Notes: generated by a model from the sequence alone, not told the origin. Shown: positions 1 to 8,991, counted from the stretch's first letter. The stretch is 41,259 nucleotides of DNA from Candidatus Dormiibacterota bacterium (GCA_036506195.1 DASXSD010000110.1:1-41259); one strand, 5' to 3'. A program made the numbers and translations.

Positions 1-743
1 AAGTCGCACGCAAGACGCTCGACGAGCTGGCGCGGGAGTACGACTCGCTGGACATCGTCGCGGTGCTGCTGGCATGGGACGCGGAGACCGCCACCGGCCG
101 GCCGCGCGTGCCCAACGACCTGGTCGCCAACGCGTGTCGCACCTATCCGGAGACCTTTGTCGGGTTCGGCAGCGTCGATCCTTTGAAGGGCGGTCGCGCG
201 GTCGACGAGCTCGACCGGATCGCCGAGCTGGGCCTGAAGGGCGTCAAGCTACATCCCAGCCTGCAGGCGTTCGCTCCCAACGAGGAGCAGCACTGGCCGC
301 TTTATGAGAAGTGCCAGGAACTGGGTCTCATCTGCCTCTTCCACACCGGCACGAGCGGCATCGGCGCCGGCCAGCCAGGAGGGCAGGGCATCCGCATCGA
401 CTTCGCGCGGCCGATCTGGCTGGACGCGCCAGCGGCTGCGTTCCCCGACCTCAAGATCATCGCCGCGCACTTCGGCTACCCATGGCACCTCGAGCTGCTG
501 GCCATGGCGCTGCACAAGACCAACATCTACATCGACATCTCGGGCTGGGCGCCGCGCTACATCCCCACCGAGGTGATGCGCGACATGAAGGGCCGGCTGC
601 AGGACCAGTTCGTGTTCGGCAGCGACTACCCGTTCATCCAGCCGCAACGGTGCCTGGACGAGCTCAAAACCCTCGACATCCCGCCCCCTGTTCTCGACAA
701 GGTTCTGGTCGGAAATGGCAAGCGGCTACTCGGGATTGCCTGA
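1..743 (+). CDS. Amidohydrolase-2 family metal-dependent hydrolase (5' end outside window)
   Basis: The frame of track ORF 63..743 stays open back to the window edge (VARKTLDELAREYDSLDIVAVLLAWD...). Motifs GFGSVDP, KLHP, LFHTG, AAHFGYPW and FGSDYPF are typical of PF04909-type TIM-barrel hydrolases. GC3 is high. Confidence 0.8.
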   Translation, partial: VARKTLDELAREYDSLDIVAVLLAWDAETATGRPRVPNDLVANACRTYPETFVGFGSVDPLKGGRAVDELDRIAELGLKGVKLHPSLQAFAPNEEQHWPLYEKCQELGLICLFHTGTSGIGAGQPGGQGIRIDFARPIWLDAPAAAFPDLKIIAAHFGYPWHLELLAMALHKTNIYIDISGWAPRYIPTEVMRDMKGRLQDQFVFGSDYPFIQPQRCLDELKTLDIPPPVLDKVLVGNGKRLLGIA

Positions 744-758
744 CTTGTAAATCCCCAC

Positions 759-1394
759 TTGACAGCTGGCAACTCGCCCGGCCATTGTGCGGGCGTGTTC
801 GCCCGCACCGCCGAGCAGCGACGGCGCGTCCTGCTGATAGAGTCCGACCTCCTCCTCGACGACGTCGAGACGCTGCGCCTCGAAGACCGGACCGAAGCAC
901 CATTCCGCCTGCGCGAGGCGATCCGCGCCCTGCAGATCCGTCTCGGCCGCAGGAACCCGCCGCTGCCGGCGGCAACGCTCGACGCGGCCCACGACCTCGT
1001 CTTCGCGGTCCAGCAGCGGCTCATGGCGGCGAATCCGCGCAATCCGCGACCGCTTCGCCATCTCGGCCGGCCGTCGGGCCAGCCCATCCTGACCCCCGTT
1101 CGCGAAGACCGGAAATGGAAGGTGCTCACCCTCCCGCCGCCCACGAGCGACGGTGAGGACGGCGCCTGGATGGAGCTCGTCGAGTCGACCGTCGAGCGGG
1201 CCTGGGACAGGTGGTGTTACGCCCAGCAGCAGGCGGTGCGCGCGGCCCGGCTCCGCGCAAATCCGCAGGTCGCCCTGGCGGTCGCGGCGGTGGCGTGGGA
1301 CAACTACTGGGCGCTGCTCCAGGACGCCGAGCGAATCAAAGACGCGATGGGCCCGCGGCATGCTGGAGGAACTCTCGGAGCTCGCCGGCGCTGA
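759..1394 (+). CDS. Hypothetical protein (start uncertain; in-frame GTG at 795 is an alternative)
   Basis: Long ORF with strong G/C third-position bias until its last ~20 codons, where it is antisense to the next gene. No family recognised. The TTG at 759 is part of a TTGACA hexamer that could instead be a -35 box. Confidence 0.45.
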   Translation: MTAGNSPGHCAGVFARTAEQRRRVLLIESDLLLDDVETLRLEDRTEAPFRLREAIRALQIRLGRRNPPLPAATLDAAHDLVFAVQQRLMAANPRNPRPLRHLGRPSGQPILTPVREDRKWKVLTLPPPTSDGEDGAWMELVESTVERAWDRWCYAQQQAVRAARLRANPQVALAVAAVAWDNYWALLQDAERIKDAMGPRHAGGTLGARRR

Positions 1395-1563
1395 CCGGCG
1401 CGTCAGACGTGCGAACCCGGGTCGCGAAGAGCTCCAGGAAGCGACGCAGTCCGACGTCGTCGAGCATCGTCGCCGCCTCGATGATCTCAGCCGCCGCGTC
1501 GTGCTGGTTCGGATCGAGGACCCGGCTCAGGCTGTCGGCGAAGTCGTCCGGAAGCTCGCTCAT
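1336..1563 (-). CDS. Small hypothetical protein (75 aa, MSELPDDFADSLSRVLDPNQ...)
   Basis: ATG at 1563..1561 lies inside the spurious 336-aa track ORF 1336..2346. GC3 bias is very strong along all 75 codons. It is divergent from the acyl-CoA synthetase gene and overlaps the 3' end of 759..1394 convergently by 59 nt. Confidence 0.5.
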   Translation of the reverse strand: MSELPDDFADSLSRVLDPNQHDAAAEIIEAATMLDDVGLRRFLELFATRVRTSDAPVSAGELREFLQHAAGPSRL

Positions 1564-1587
1564 GCCCTTACGGGGACAATTAAACCC

Positions 1588-3543
1588 GTGCAGCCCGTCG
1601 TCATCGGCGATGTGATCTGGGAACCGACTCCCGAGATCGTCGAACGCAGCCGGCTCAAGCGATTCATGGACCTTCATGGGATCGAGACGTTCGCCGAGCT
1701 GCTCGAGCGTGCCGACCACGACATCGAGTGGTTCTGGGACGCGGCGATCAAGGACATCGACATCGCCTTCTATCGCGAGTACGAGAAGGTCGTCGACCTC
1801 TCGCAGGGCAAGCCGTGGGCGAAGTGGTGGGTCGGTGGGCGGATGAACATCGTCCACAGCTGCCTCGACCGCCACCGTCACGGGGAGCTTCGCGACAAGA
1901 CCGCGATCATCTGGGAGGGCGAGCCGGGCGACGTCCGCAAGCTCACTTACGGCGAGCTGGACAGGCAGGTCTCCCGTCTGGCGGGCGCGCTGCGCCGGCT
2001 GGGCGTGCAGAAGGGCGAGCGGGTCGGGATCTTCATGCCCATGTGCCCGGAGGTCGCCATCTCGGTCCTCGCGGTGGCGAAGATCGGCGCGGTCATCATC
2101 CCCCTGTTCTCGGGCTACGGCCCGGAAGCGATCGCGACGCGGCTGCGCGACGGCGAGGCGAAGGTTCTCATCTGCGCGGACGGCTTCTATCGACGCGGCC
2201 AGGTCATCCCCATGAAAGAGACGGCCGACCGCGCGCTCGTCTCGTGCCCAAGCGTCAAGAAGGTCATCGTCCACCGTCGCGTCGTGCGCGAGATCCCGTG
2301 GACGCACGGCCGGGACGAGGTCTGGGAGGTGCTTCTCGAGGATCACCCCGAGAAGGCGGCGACCGAGGAGCTCGACCCCGAGGACCCGATCATGATCATC
2401 TACACGTCAGGGACGACAGGGAAGCCGAAGGGCACGCTCCACGTTCACGGCGGGTTTCCCGTCAAGACCGCCCAGGACATGGCCCACTGCTTCGACATCG
2501 GCGCGAGCGACGTCGTGTTCTGGTACACGGACATCGGCTGGATGATGGGGCCCTGGCTCATCTTCGGCACGCTGCTGTTGGGCGCGACCATGCTGCTGTA
2601 CGAAGGCACGCCGGACCATCCCGCAGCGAATCGGCTGTGGCGGATGGTCGAGCAGCACAAGGTGACCGTGCTCGGCGTGTCTCCCACTCTCGTGCGCGGA
2701 CTGATGACCCACGGTGACGAGGTGCCGGCGCATCACGACCTGTCGAGCCTGCGCATCCTTGGCGGGACCGGCGAGCCGTGGAACCCGGAGCCGTTCCAGT
2801 GGTACTTCAAGCAAATCGGAGGCGGCCGCGCGCCGGTCATCAACTACACCGGCGGCACCGAGGTCGCAGGCGGCATCCTGTGCGGCAACGTCATCACTCA
2901 CCTGCGGGCGTGCTCGTTCGCGGGCCCGGTGCCGGGGATCGCCGCCGACGTCCTCGATGCGGACGGCCGCTCGGTGCGCGGCGAGGTCGGTGAGCTGGTC
3001 ATCCGCAACCCGTGGCCGGGCATGACACGCGGCTTCTGGGGCGACCGGCAGCGTTATCTCGACACGTACTGGAGTCGCTTCGATGACGTCTGGTTGCACG
3101 GCGACTGGGCCTATGTCGATCCGCAGGATTCGCTCTGGTACGTGCTGGGCCGCTCCGACGACACGATCAAGATCGCGGGCAAGCGACTGGGGCCGGCCGA
3201 GGTGGAGTCGATCCTGGTCGGCAACCCGGCCGTGGCGGAAGCGGCCGCGATCGGCGTCCCCGACGAGCTGAAAGGCGAGGCCCTGGTTTGCTTCGTGGTC
3301 CTGCGCCCCAACGAGGAGCCGAGCGACGCCCTTGCGACGCAGCTCCAGGACCTTGTGTCGGGAGCGCTCGGCAAGCCACTGCGGCCGAAGGCGGTTCACT
3401 TCGTGGGCGACCTCCCGCGCACGCGCAACGCGAAGATCCTGCGTCGGGTGGTGAGGTCGGTCTACACGGGCACCGACCCCGGCGACCTGTCCTCCCTCGA
3501 GAACCCGAGCGCGCTGGCCGCGATCGGCGCGACGCGAGACTAG
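1588..3543 (+). CDS. AMP-forming acyl-CoA synthetase (acetate/acetoacetate-CoA ligase family)
   Basis: Family motifs MNIVHSCLDRH, YTSGTTGKPKG, DIGWMMGP, GRSDDTIKIAGKRLGPAEVE and LPRTRNAKILRR are present. The track ORF starts at 1153, but its first ~145 codons are arginine-rich shadow sequence overlapping the two upstream genes. In-frame GTGs at 1588 or 1612 precede the conserved N-terminus. Confidence 0.85.
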   Translation: MQPVVIGDVIWEPTPEIVERSRLKRFMDLHGIETFAELLERADHDIEWFWDAAIKDIDIAFYREYEKVVDLSQGKPWAKWWVGGRMNIVHSCLDRHRHGELRDKTAIIWEGEPGDVRKLTYGELDRQVSRLAGALRRLGVQKGERVGIFMPMCPEVAISVLAVAKIGAVIIPLFSGYGPEAIATRLRDGEAKVLICADGFYRRGQVIPMKETADRALVSCPSVKKVIVHRRVVREIPWTHGRDEVWEVLLEDHPEKAATEELDPEDPIMIIYTSGTTGKPKGTLHVHGGFPVKTAQDMAHCFDIGASDVVFWYTDIGWMMGPWLIFGTLLLGATMLLYEGTPDHPAANRLWRMVEQHKVTVLGVSPTLVRGLMTHGDEVPAHHDLSSLRILGGTGEPWNPEPFQWYFKQIGGGRAPVINYTGGTEVAGGILCGNVITHLRACSFAGPVPGIAADVLDADGRSVRGEVGELVIRNPWPGMTRGFWGDRQRYLDTYWSRFDDVWLHGDWAYVDPQDSLWYVLGRSDDTIKIAGKRLGPAEVESILVGNPAVAEAAAIGVPDELKGEALVCFVVLRPNEEPSDALATQLQDLVSGALGKPLRPKAVHFVGDLPRTRNAKILRRVVRSVYTGTDPGDLSSLENPSALAAIGATRD

Positions 3544-3902
3544 AAGGAGAGGACTTTGTCCGCTTCCATGGTCAGCCGGACGAGGTCAGGCGGCGTGATG
3601 TACTTCGCGTTCGGGGTGAGCATCTCCGGCAAGACCCCACGGGCCTCGGCACACCCTTTTCAAACGTAGACGGGGACCTCCTGGTCCAGGCACTTGTCGA
3701 GCAGGTCGCGCAGCGGAGGCACGCCGATGCCGACGACGTTGGCGATGACGTCCGGCTTGACCAGCTCGGCCGCATCGCCGGCCAACGCGATCGCGACCTC
3801 AGTGCCGCCCGGTCGGGCGCCGTTGACGGCGATGTGGAAGGGGACGCTCGCCCGCGTGGGGTTCTCAGGACCGGCGGCGGTGACGATCAGCAGGCCAGAC
3901 AT
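3540..3902 (-). CDS. DsrE/TusD-family sulfur-relay protein with in-frame UGA (candidate selenocysteine) at 3660..3662
   Basis: Track ORF 3660..3911 ends ...VPVYV at a TGA. The same frame continues KGCAEARGVLPEMLTPNAKYITPPDLVRLTMEADKVLSF to TAG at 3540..3542. The joined sequence VYV-U-KGCAEARG matches the active-site region of DsrE/TusD proteins (Cys-x3-A-x2-RG), and the C-terminal VLSF is family-typical. ATG at 3902 gives MSGLLIVTAAGPENP...; TTG at 3911 and GTG at 3908 are alternatives. Confidence 0.7.
3615..3655 (-). promoter_or_regulatory. Candidate bacterial SECIS hairpin downstream of the UGA
   Basis: On the minus strand the sequence reads GGUGUG-CCGAGGCC-CGUGG-GGUCUUGC-CGGAGAUG-CUCACC. 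The inner stem GCCGAGGCC/GGUCUUGCC has one mismatch and two G-U pairs around a 5-nt G-rich loop, and an outer GGUG.G/C.CACC stem encloses it. It starts about 8-13 nt after the UGA. Folded by eye only. Confidence 0.4.
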
Positions 3903-3948
3903 GGCCACCAAGTATGGTCGATGACCGCTTGAGGACTAAGCGGGGCTC

Positions 3949-5124
3949 TTGAGGCTTACGCGCGCCGACTGGGTGCGGCTCTTGCTCCTGTGGCTGGGCG
4001 GCATCGACACCCGCCTGACGATGCTCGCGGTGCCACCCTTGGTGCCGCTGATCCACCAGGACCTGCACCTGGACGAGAAGGCGGTCGGTGCGCTGGTCTC
4101 CGGCCCGCTGCTGATCCTCGCCATCGCATCCGTCCCCGGGTCGGTGTTGATCGCCAGGCTCGGTGTCCGCGGCGCTCTCGTCGCCGGGCTTGGATCGGTC
4201 GCTGTATTCGGCGCTCTGCGTGGCTACGGGCCGAGCGAGCCGGTGCTGTTCGCGTCCACCTTCCTCATGGGCGTTGGCATCGCCGTGACCCAACCCGCGT
4301 TTCCCTCGATCGTGCGCGAGTGGTTCCCGCGGCGGATTGCCATCGCGACCGCCGTCTACAGCAACGGGATCTTGATCGGCGAGACGGTGCCGACCGCGCT
4401 GACCACACCGATCGGCGTCCTGCCGCTGGTTCACGGCGACTGGCGATGGGCGCTGGCCTCGTGGTCCGTCCTGGTCGTGCTGAGCGCGGGGGCGATCGTT
4501 TTCGCCGCTCCGTCACGTGCGTCGAGCGCGACCGCACCGGCGCGGTGGTGGCCCGACTGGCGGCAGAACCAGACGATCCGGATCGGCATCGTCATGGGGA
4601 TGGCCTCGGCGGCGTACTTCGGCGCCAACGCCTACATCCCAGACTTCCTGGACCAGTCCGGTCGCCACGACCTGATCGCGCCGGCGCTCGCCGTGTTGAA
4701 CGGTTCCCAGCTGTTGACTGCGCCCGCGGTCGCGCTGTGGCCGGCGATCCTGACCGGCCGTGCCGGGTTCATCGGGTCGGCGGTCCTCATGGGCGTGGCC
4801 CAGGTCGGTCTCGTTCTGACGCCCGGAGCAGGTGTGGTGGCGTGGGCGTTCGTGCTCGGGTTTTCCACCGCGCTGGCTTTCGTCGTGGTGCTCAGCCTGC
4901 CGCCGCGACTCGCGCCGCCAGGCGGCGTCGCGCGCATGAGCGCCGCCATCTTCACGATCCAGTACACGACCGCCTTTGTGATCCCGCTCGTCGCCGGCGC
5001 GCTGTGGGACCTGACCGGTCAGGCCGTGTTCGCGTTCGCTCCCGGCATGGCCGCGGCGGTGGCGATGGCGTGGGGCGCGATGTCTCTACAAAACCCCGAG
5101 CGACCGCCACGTGAACCGGGCTAG
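3949..5124 (+). CDS. MFS transporter (CynX/cyanate-permease-like)
   Basis: 391 aa, about 12 hydrophobic segments and an MFS-like loop motif after TM2 (ARLGVRGALV). Divergent from the DsrE-like gene. TTG start as in the track; the exact start is uncertain. Confidence 0.8.
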   Translation: MRLTRADWVRLLLLWLGGIDTRLTMLAVPPLVPLIHQDLHLDEKAVGALVSGPLLILAIASVPGSVLIARLGVRGALVAGLGSVAVFGALRGYGPSEPVLFASTFLMGVGIAVTQPAFPSIVREWFPRRIAIATAVYSNGILIGETVPTALTTPIGVLPLVHGDWRWALASWSVLVVLSAGAIVFAAPSRASSATAPARWWPDWRQNQTIRIGIVMGMASAAYFGANAYIPDFLDQSGRHDLIAPALAVLNGSQLLTAPAVALWPAILTGRAGFIGSAVLMGVAQVGLVLTPGAGVVAWAFVLGFSTALAFVVVLSLPPRLAPPGGVARMSAAIFTIQYTTAFVIPLVAGALWDLTGQAVFAFAPGMAAAVAMAWGAMSLQNPERPPREPG

Positions 5125-6752
5125 GGCAGGATCCCGACCTTGTAGTCGGCGATGATCTCGTTCGCCGCGCGCAGGCCTTCGGACGCGCCGCCCTCCATGT
5201 AGCCCTGGAAGTCCTGCGAGCAATGCTCGCCGGCGAAGTGGCACTTGCCGGTGGTCGGGTCGGGCTGCCGCGCCTTCTCGTACCCCGCGAACTGCGTGTA
5301 CTGGCCGACTTTCCAGTAGGAGTAGGAACCGAGCAGGTAGGGGTTGGCCAGCGGCACATCGAGCGTCGCGCGGCCGTTCCACTGGTGGGCGATGCCGGGG
5401 AACACGGGCTCGAGCTGGCGCAGGAAGGTGCGCGCGAACTTCGCCACCGTGCTGGGATTTGTCGGATCGCCACCGAACGACGCCAGCGGAACGCCGCCGC
5501 CGGTGTAGCCGACCAGGATTCCCGTCGCGCCGTGCTGACCGCGACTGACATCCCAGGTGTTCTGGTAGCCGGTGTCGGAGTTGGTGCTCCCGTTGCCGAG
5601 GCCCCATGGACCCTGCGTGTTCCAGTAGCGGGTGTCGAACTGGAGGTGGAGCTTGGCGTTCTTGCCGTAGCCGAGCTGGGTGATCGCGGTCTGCTTCAGG
5701 GAGTCGAAGCCGGCTGCGCTGTAGTCGAGCGTCCGCAGCACCGAGAACGGAATCGCGAGGATCACCCGGTCGAAGTTGCTGGTCGTGCTCGTGCCGCCGG
5801 TCGCGAGGGTCAGATCGAAGGTGCCGTCCGCCTTGCGCGCGATCCTCGTCAACGCGGTGTTCAGCTGCACGGTGCCCGGCGCGAGGGCGGCGGCGATCGC
5901 CTTCGGGAGGCGCTCGTTGCCGCCGACGATGTGGTAGCGCTCGTCCGATTTGCCGAAGATCAGGAAGTTTCCAGGCTTGGACGAGAAGCCGAGGAGGTAG
6001 ATGAGGTTCAGAGAGCTCTGCTCCTTGGTGATGTTCCCGTACTCGATGTTGTAGGCGACGTCGAGGAGCTGGCCCATCGAGCTCGAATGGCCGCCAGGGA
6101 CTCGGGTCTCGATCCAGTCGTAGATGCTCATGTTGTCGAGCACCCGGCCGGCGTCTGTGAAGTTGTTGTACAGGGTGGGATAGCTGGCGGCGTTGACGTC
6201 CTTCTTGACGTTGTTCCACACCGGGTTGAAGTCGGCCTGGGCCTCGTCGTCGGTGTAGTAGTCACCGAAGAAGTAGTTGGTGTCGGTCGAGTGGACCGGC
6301 TGGGCGGCGATCAGGTCCGTCGTGGCCAGCTTGAAACGGTTCGCCAGGCCGAGGATCGTCTTGTGACCGCTGTCGATCAGCTCGCCGCAGTGCTCGCTGA
6401 CCTGGCCGTTGAGCCAGGACGTGGTGTCGGAGTGCATGCGGCCACCGACCCGGTTGGAGGCCTCGTAGACGGTCGAGGTGATGCCCGCGTCCTGGAGGGT
6501 GAGCGCTGCGTTGAGACCGGCGATGCCGCCGCCGATGATGGCGATCCGGCCCTGCTGGGTCGACGGCGCAGCAAATGCAGGCACCGGCACGTTCAAGGCC
6601 GCCGCGCCCATGGTGGCGCCGGTGACCTTCAGGAAGTCCCGCCGCGTCAGACGCGCCTTGCGGATCTCGGCGATTGTGCGACCTGATCGCTCGGCGTCTT
6701 CGAAATCGCCGAACAGTTCCTGGAGCCGTCTCAGCAGCGTGCTGCGGGCCAT
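5121..6752 (-). CDS. Tat-exported FAD-dependent amine oxidase family protein
   Basis: Twin-arginine signal LTRRDFLKVTGATMGAAAL...AFA, followed by the dinucleotide fold IAIIGGGIAGLNAAL...YEASNRVGGR and a flavin amine-oxidase-like C-terminus (HFAGEH). ATG at 6752 is preceded by AGGAGG 8 nt upstream and is preferred over the track start 6788. Confidence 0.85.
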   Translation of the reverse strand: MARSTLLRRLQELFGDFEDAERSGRTIAEIRKARLTRRDFLKVTGATMGAAALNVPVPAFAAPSTQQGRIAIIGGGIAGLNAALTLQDAGITSTVYEASNRVGGRMHSDTTSWLNGQVSEHCGELIDSGHKTILGLANRFKLATTDLIAAQPVHSTDTNYFFGDYYTDDEAQADFNPVWNNVKKDVNAASYPTLYNNFTDAGRVLDNMSIYDWIETRVPGGHSSSMGQLLDVAYNIEYGNITKEQSSLNLIYLLGFSSKPGNFLIFGKSDERYHIVGGNERLPKAIAAALAPGTVQLNTALTRIARKADGTFDLTLATGGTSTTSNFDRVILAIPFSVLRTLDYSAAGFDSLKQTAITQLGYGKNAKLHLQFDTRYWNTQGPWGLGNGSTNSDTGYQNTWDVSRGQHGATGILVGYTGGGVPLASFGGDPTNPSTVAKFARTFLRQLEPVFPGIAHQWNGRATLDVPLANPYLLGSYSYWKVGQYTQFAGYEKARQPDPTTGKCHFAGEHCSQDFQGYMEGGASEGLRAANEIIADYKVGILP

Positions 6753-6830
6753 GGACACAAACCTCCTGCGCGGGAAAGGGGAGCCCACAGTCTATGGCGC
6801 GCCCGGCGGGACATGGAATGACGTAGGCGG

Positions 6831-7319
6831 CTAGAGGTCGATGCCCTGGAGACCGTGCATGCCCAGGATGAGGGAGATCTCGCCGCCGTGGTGGACGTCG
6901 TGCTCGGCGACGTGCCAGATGATCCACCGGCGGTCGCGCCACGGGCGCTCGCCCTGGGCGTTGGGCTTGGGGCGCTGGAAGGTGGCGGTGAGGTCCTCCT
7001 CCGTCCATCGCTCCAGCGTGGCGCGGAGGTCGTGCCACGACTTGTCGAGGGCATTGCAGATCGTCTGCGAGTCGGGCCTGGTTACGTCGGAGTCGTCGTC
7101 CATGGAGATGAGGCTCTTGAGCTCGGCGTCGCCCTCGCCCATCCACGCGTTCCACCACCACGCGCGTGCGGCGACGATGTGACAGGCGAGCATACGGATC
7201 GACCAGAGCCCTTCGCGCGGCGCCAGAACAAGCTGGTCCTCGTTGAGTGGGGCGACCATCTTCTTGAGGAGCGAGTTGTGGTTCTCCCAGCCCGCGAAAT
7301 AGTCGATGACGTGGCTCAT
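6831..7319 (-). CDS. DinB-family (four-helix-bundle, metal-binding) protein
   Basis: A 162-aa ORF with His-containing helices (ACHIVAAR, WHVAEHDVHHGGEI) typical of the DinB/YfiT-like superfamily. Its ATG overlaps the upstream gene's stop as ATGA. Confidence 0.8.
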   Translation of the reverse strand: MSHVIDYFAGWENHNSLLKKMVAPLNEDQLVLAPREGLWSIRMLACHIVAARAWWWNAWMGEGDAELKSLISMDDDSDVTRPDSQTICNALDKSWHDLRATLERWTEEDLTATFQRPKPNAQGERPWRDRRWIIWHVAEHDVHHGGEISLILGMHGLQGIDL

Positions 7320-7894
7320 CGCCGCTTCAGGTGGTACCAGCGGCCGGGGAAGCGATCAGGCGTCTCGCCGCCCCACGCCCGTACGACGTCCCAGTTCTGC
7401 CCAAACCGTGTCTTCAGCTCCTCGGGTGTGACCTTGGCGTTCGTGAAGAAGTTCAGCCTGGCGTAGAAGCCCCAGACGAGATAGTCGGCGCCGGGGACCG
7501 ATCGCTCGGTGACTCCCTTGACATAAGCGTCCCGGCGCGACTCGGGGATGGCGTGGAAGCAGCCGAGGTCGAAGACGAGGCTGTAGCCGTCTCCGACGTT
7601 CAGCTCGTCGAGCCTGGTCACGTCGCCGACGATGAGGCGAGGGTTGACGTTTGCCGCCTGCGCCTTGGCTTTGGCTGCCTCGATGGCCCGGGGCACGAAG
7701 TCGATCGCCGTCACGTCCCAGCCGTGCTGGGTCATGTAGATCGCGTTCGTGCCGGTGCCGCAGCCGAGGTCAAGCGCCTTGCCAGGGGTTCTTTTCTGTG
7801 GACCCTCGACCAGCTCCTTCAGCTCGGGGGGCGGCACGCCGGAGTCCCAGGGCGTGAAACCGAAGCGGTACATGGCGCGGAAGAAGAAGCTCAT
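7316..7894 (-). CDS. Class I SAM-dependent methyltransferase (TPMT-like)
   Basis: Motif I LDLGCGTGTNAIYM and an acidic post-I residue (VTAIDFV). The 192-aa size fits small-molecule methyltransferases. Confidence 0.85.
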   Translation of the reverse strand: MSFFFRAMYRFGFTPWDSGVPPPELKELVEGPQKRTPGKALDLGCGTGTNAIYMTQHGWDVTAIDFVPRAIEAAKAKAQAANVNPRLIVGDVTRLDELNVGDGYSLVFDLGCFHAIPESRRDAYVKGVTERSVPGADYLVWGFYARLNFFTNAKVTPEELKTRFGQNWDVVRAWGGETPDRFPGRWYHLKRR

Positions 7895-7907
7895 CTGCCG
7901 ATCGAGA

Positions 7908-8816
7908 TTAGCTCGCGAGGGCTCGACGCACCAGGGCGACCAGCGCGATCGGCGTCTTTAGCAAATCGGCGGCCGTAAACCGCAGGACGCTGAAACCGGC
8001 GTCGATCAAACGATTTTGTCTTCGGTTGTCGCCGGCGAGGCTCTGCCTGTGAGTCGCACCGTCGTACTCAATGGCGAGCCGCTTGCCCGGGTAGTACAGA
8101 TCCGGGCGCGCGACAAACGAACCGCTTTCGTCATAGAGCGCCACCTGCACTTTCGGCCGGGGCAGTCCGGCGAAGACAAGCAGAAGACGCAGCCGGGTCT
8201 CCATGGGACTCTCCGTGCCGGGCTCGGAGAGGTCGATGGCTTGTCGCAGGATCCGGACACCGCGACGGTGCGGGTGGGCCGCCGCCCAGGTAAGAAGATC
8301 CCTTTGGTCGACCAATCGGCGATGCGTCGCCATATTAATGACGATGACCGCCTCCAGAAGTGGTGGCCTGCGGGCCAGATCCGTGACCGTCCTGATGGCT
8401 GATGTCGCACGTAATCCTCGGCGAAGCACGACTTCACCGGGGTCAAGTTCACTCCTACGAACTGCAAGTCCGGAAAGGCGCGATGTCGAGCTGGCGACAG
8501 GGAACGTCGCTTCGATTGGAGTGCACGGCGGGGTATCTAGACCATGAAGCCATGCAGCGGTACGTCCGGAGAACACCGCGACGCCTGGGAGGCGACTCAT
8601 CGCGGCCCCTAGCCTTACCAAGGGGTCATCGACGATGTCCCGCCATGCATAAATGCCACGGCTGAGGCGCCCCCAGGATGCACCTCTCAACTGCTCCGCG
8701 GTGAGGCCATACGTCTGGGCGAACTTGTGTGTGAACGCACCCATCGTCAGCTCATGCGGGACAGATGCTTTACGCGCCACGTGGCTCATCGTGGGCGGCA
8801 GCCCGGATGCACACAA
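7908..8816 (-). CDS. DUF559/Vsr-like endonuclease-domain protein
   Basis: The C-terminal RLAIEYDGATHR...NRRQNRLIDAGFSVLRFTAADL is the DUF559 (restriction-endonuclease-like) signature. TTG at 8816 and ATG at 8789 are both possible starts. Confidence 0.75.
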   Translation of the reverse strand: MCASGLPPTMSHVARKASVPHELTMGAFTHKFAQTYGLTAEQLRGASWGRLSRGIYAWRDIVDDPLVRLGAAMSRLPGVAVFSGRTAAWLHGLDTPPCTPIEATFPVASSTSRLSGLAVRRSELDPGEVVLRRGLRATSAIRTVTDLARRPPLLEAVIVINMATHRRLVDQRDLLTWAAAHPHRRGVRILRQAIDLSEPGTESPMETRLRLLLVFAGLPRPKVQVALYDESGSFVARPDLYYPGKRLAIEYDGATHRQSLAGDNRRQNRLIDAGFSVLRFTAADLLKTPIALVALVRRALAS

Positions 8817-8898
8817 CCCAGGTCGTTAACGTGACTGTGCAGTCGGCGTTGTAATTGGCCGCATCGATACCCCGCTAGCGGCACAGTCGGTGAAAAGC

Positions 8899-8974
8899 TG
8901 GAGCGGGAGACGGGACTCGAACCCGCTACCTCAACCTTGGGAAGGTCGCGCTCTGCCAGGTGAGCTACTCCCGC
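8899..8974 (-). tRNA. tRNA-Gly (anticodon CCC), CCA encoded
   Basis: The reverse complement reads GCGGGAG-TA-GCTC-ACCTGGC-AGAGC-G-CGACC-TTCCCAA-GGTTG-AGGTA-GCGGG-TTCGAGT-CCCGT-CTCCCGC-T-CCA. It forms a complete cloverleaf with a 7-bp acceptor stem, a TTCGAGT T-loop and anticodon loop TT-CCC-AA. Confidence 0.93.
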
Positions 8975-8991
8975 TCGGCAGACAACCCAGT

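Noticed and set aside
311-1156. Long Arg/Pro/Ala-rich ORFs overlapping real genes in other frames or strands. Examples are 311..1156, 626..1144, 1728..2717, 2407..3399, 5086..6219, 6262..7161, 13716..14741, 14902..15798, 25381..26553, 27355..28470, 31729..32613, 32556..33764 and 39170..39916.
   Set aside because: These are typical shadow ORFs of high-GC DNA. They have low-complexity R/P/G/A composition, no family motifs and the wrong codon-position GC pattern, and each is fully covered by a gene with clear homology in another frame.
1153-1587. N-terminal extensions proposed by the ORF track for several genes: acyl-CoA synthetase from 1153, GT from 19469, PMT from 34573, moeB from 38173, imuB from 23752 and dnaE2 from 25132.
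   Set aside because: The extensions are low-complexity, overlap the neighbouring gene in another frame, and precede the point where family homology begins. Internal starts adjacent to the upstream stop codons fit better.
3540-3662. Interpreting the DsrE-like gene as a frameshifted or truncated pseudogene.
   Set aside because: There is no frame change. The TGA is in frame with 39 further well-biased codons that complete the family C-terminus, and it sits exactly at the catalytic Cys column. Recoding is more parsimonious, although a nonsense mutation of a TGC/TGT codon cannot be excluded without the rest of the genome.
8817-8898. 8-bp inverted repeat GACTGTGC...GCACAGTC downstream of tRNA-Gly as a terminator or att site.
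   Set aside because: The stem is short with a ~42-nt loop and has no T-tract. There is no integrase or direct repeat of the tRNA 3' end in the window, so it does not warrant a call.
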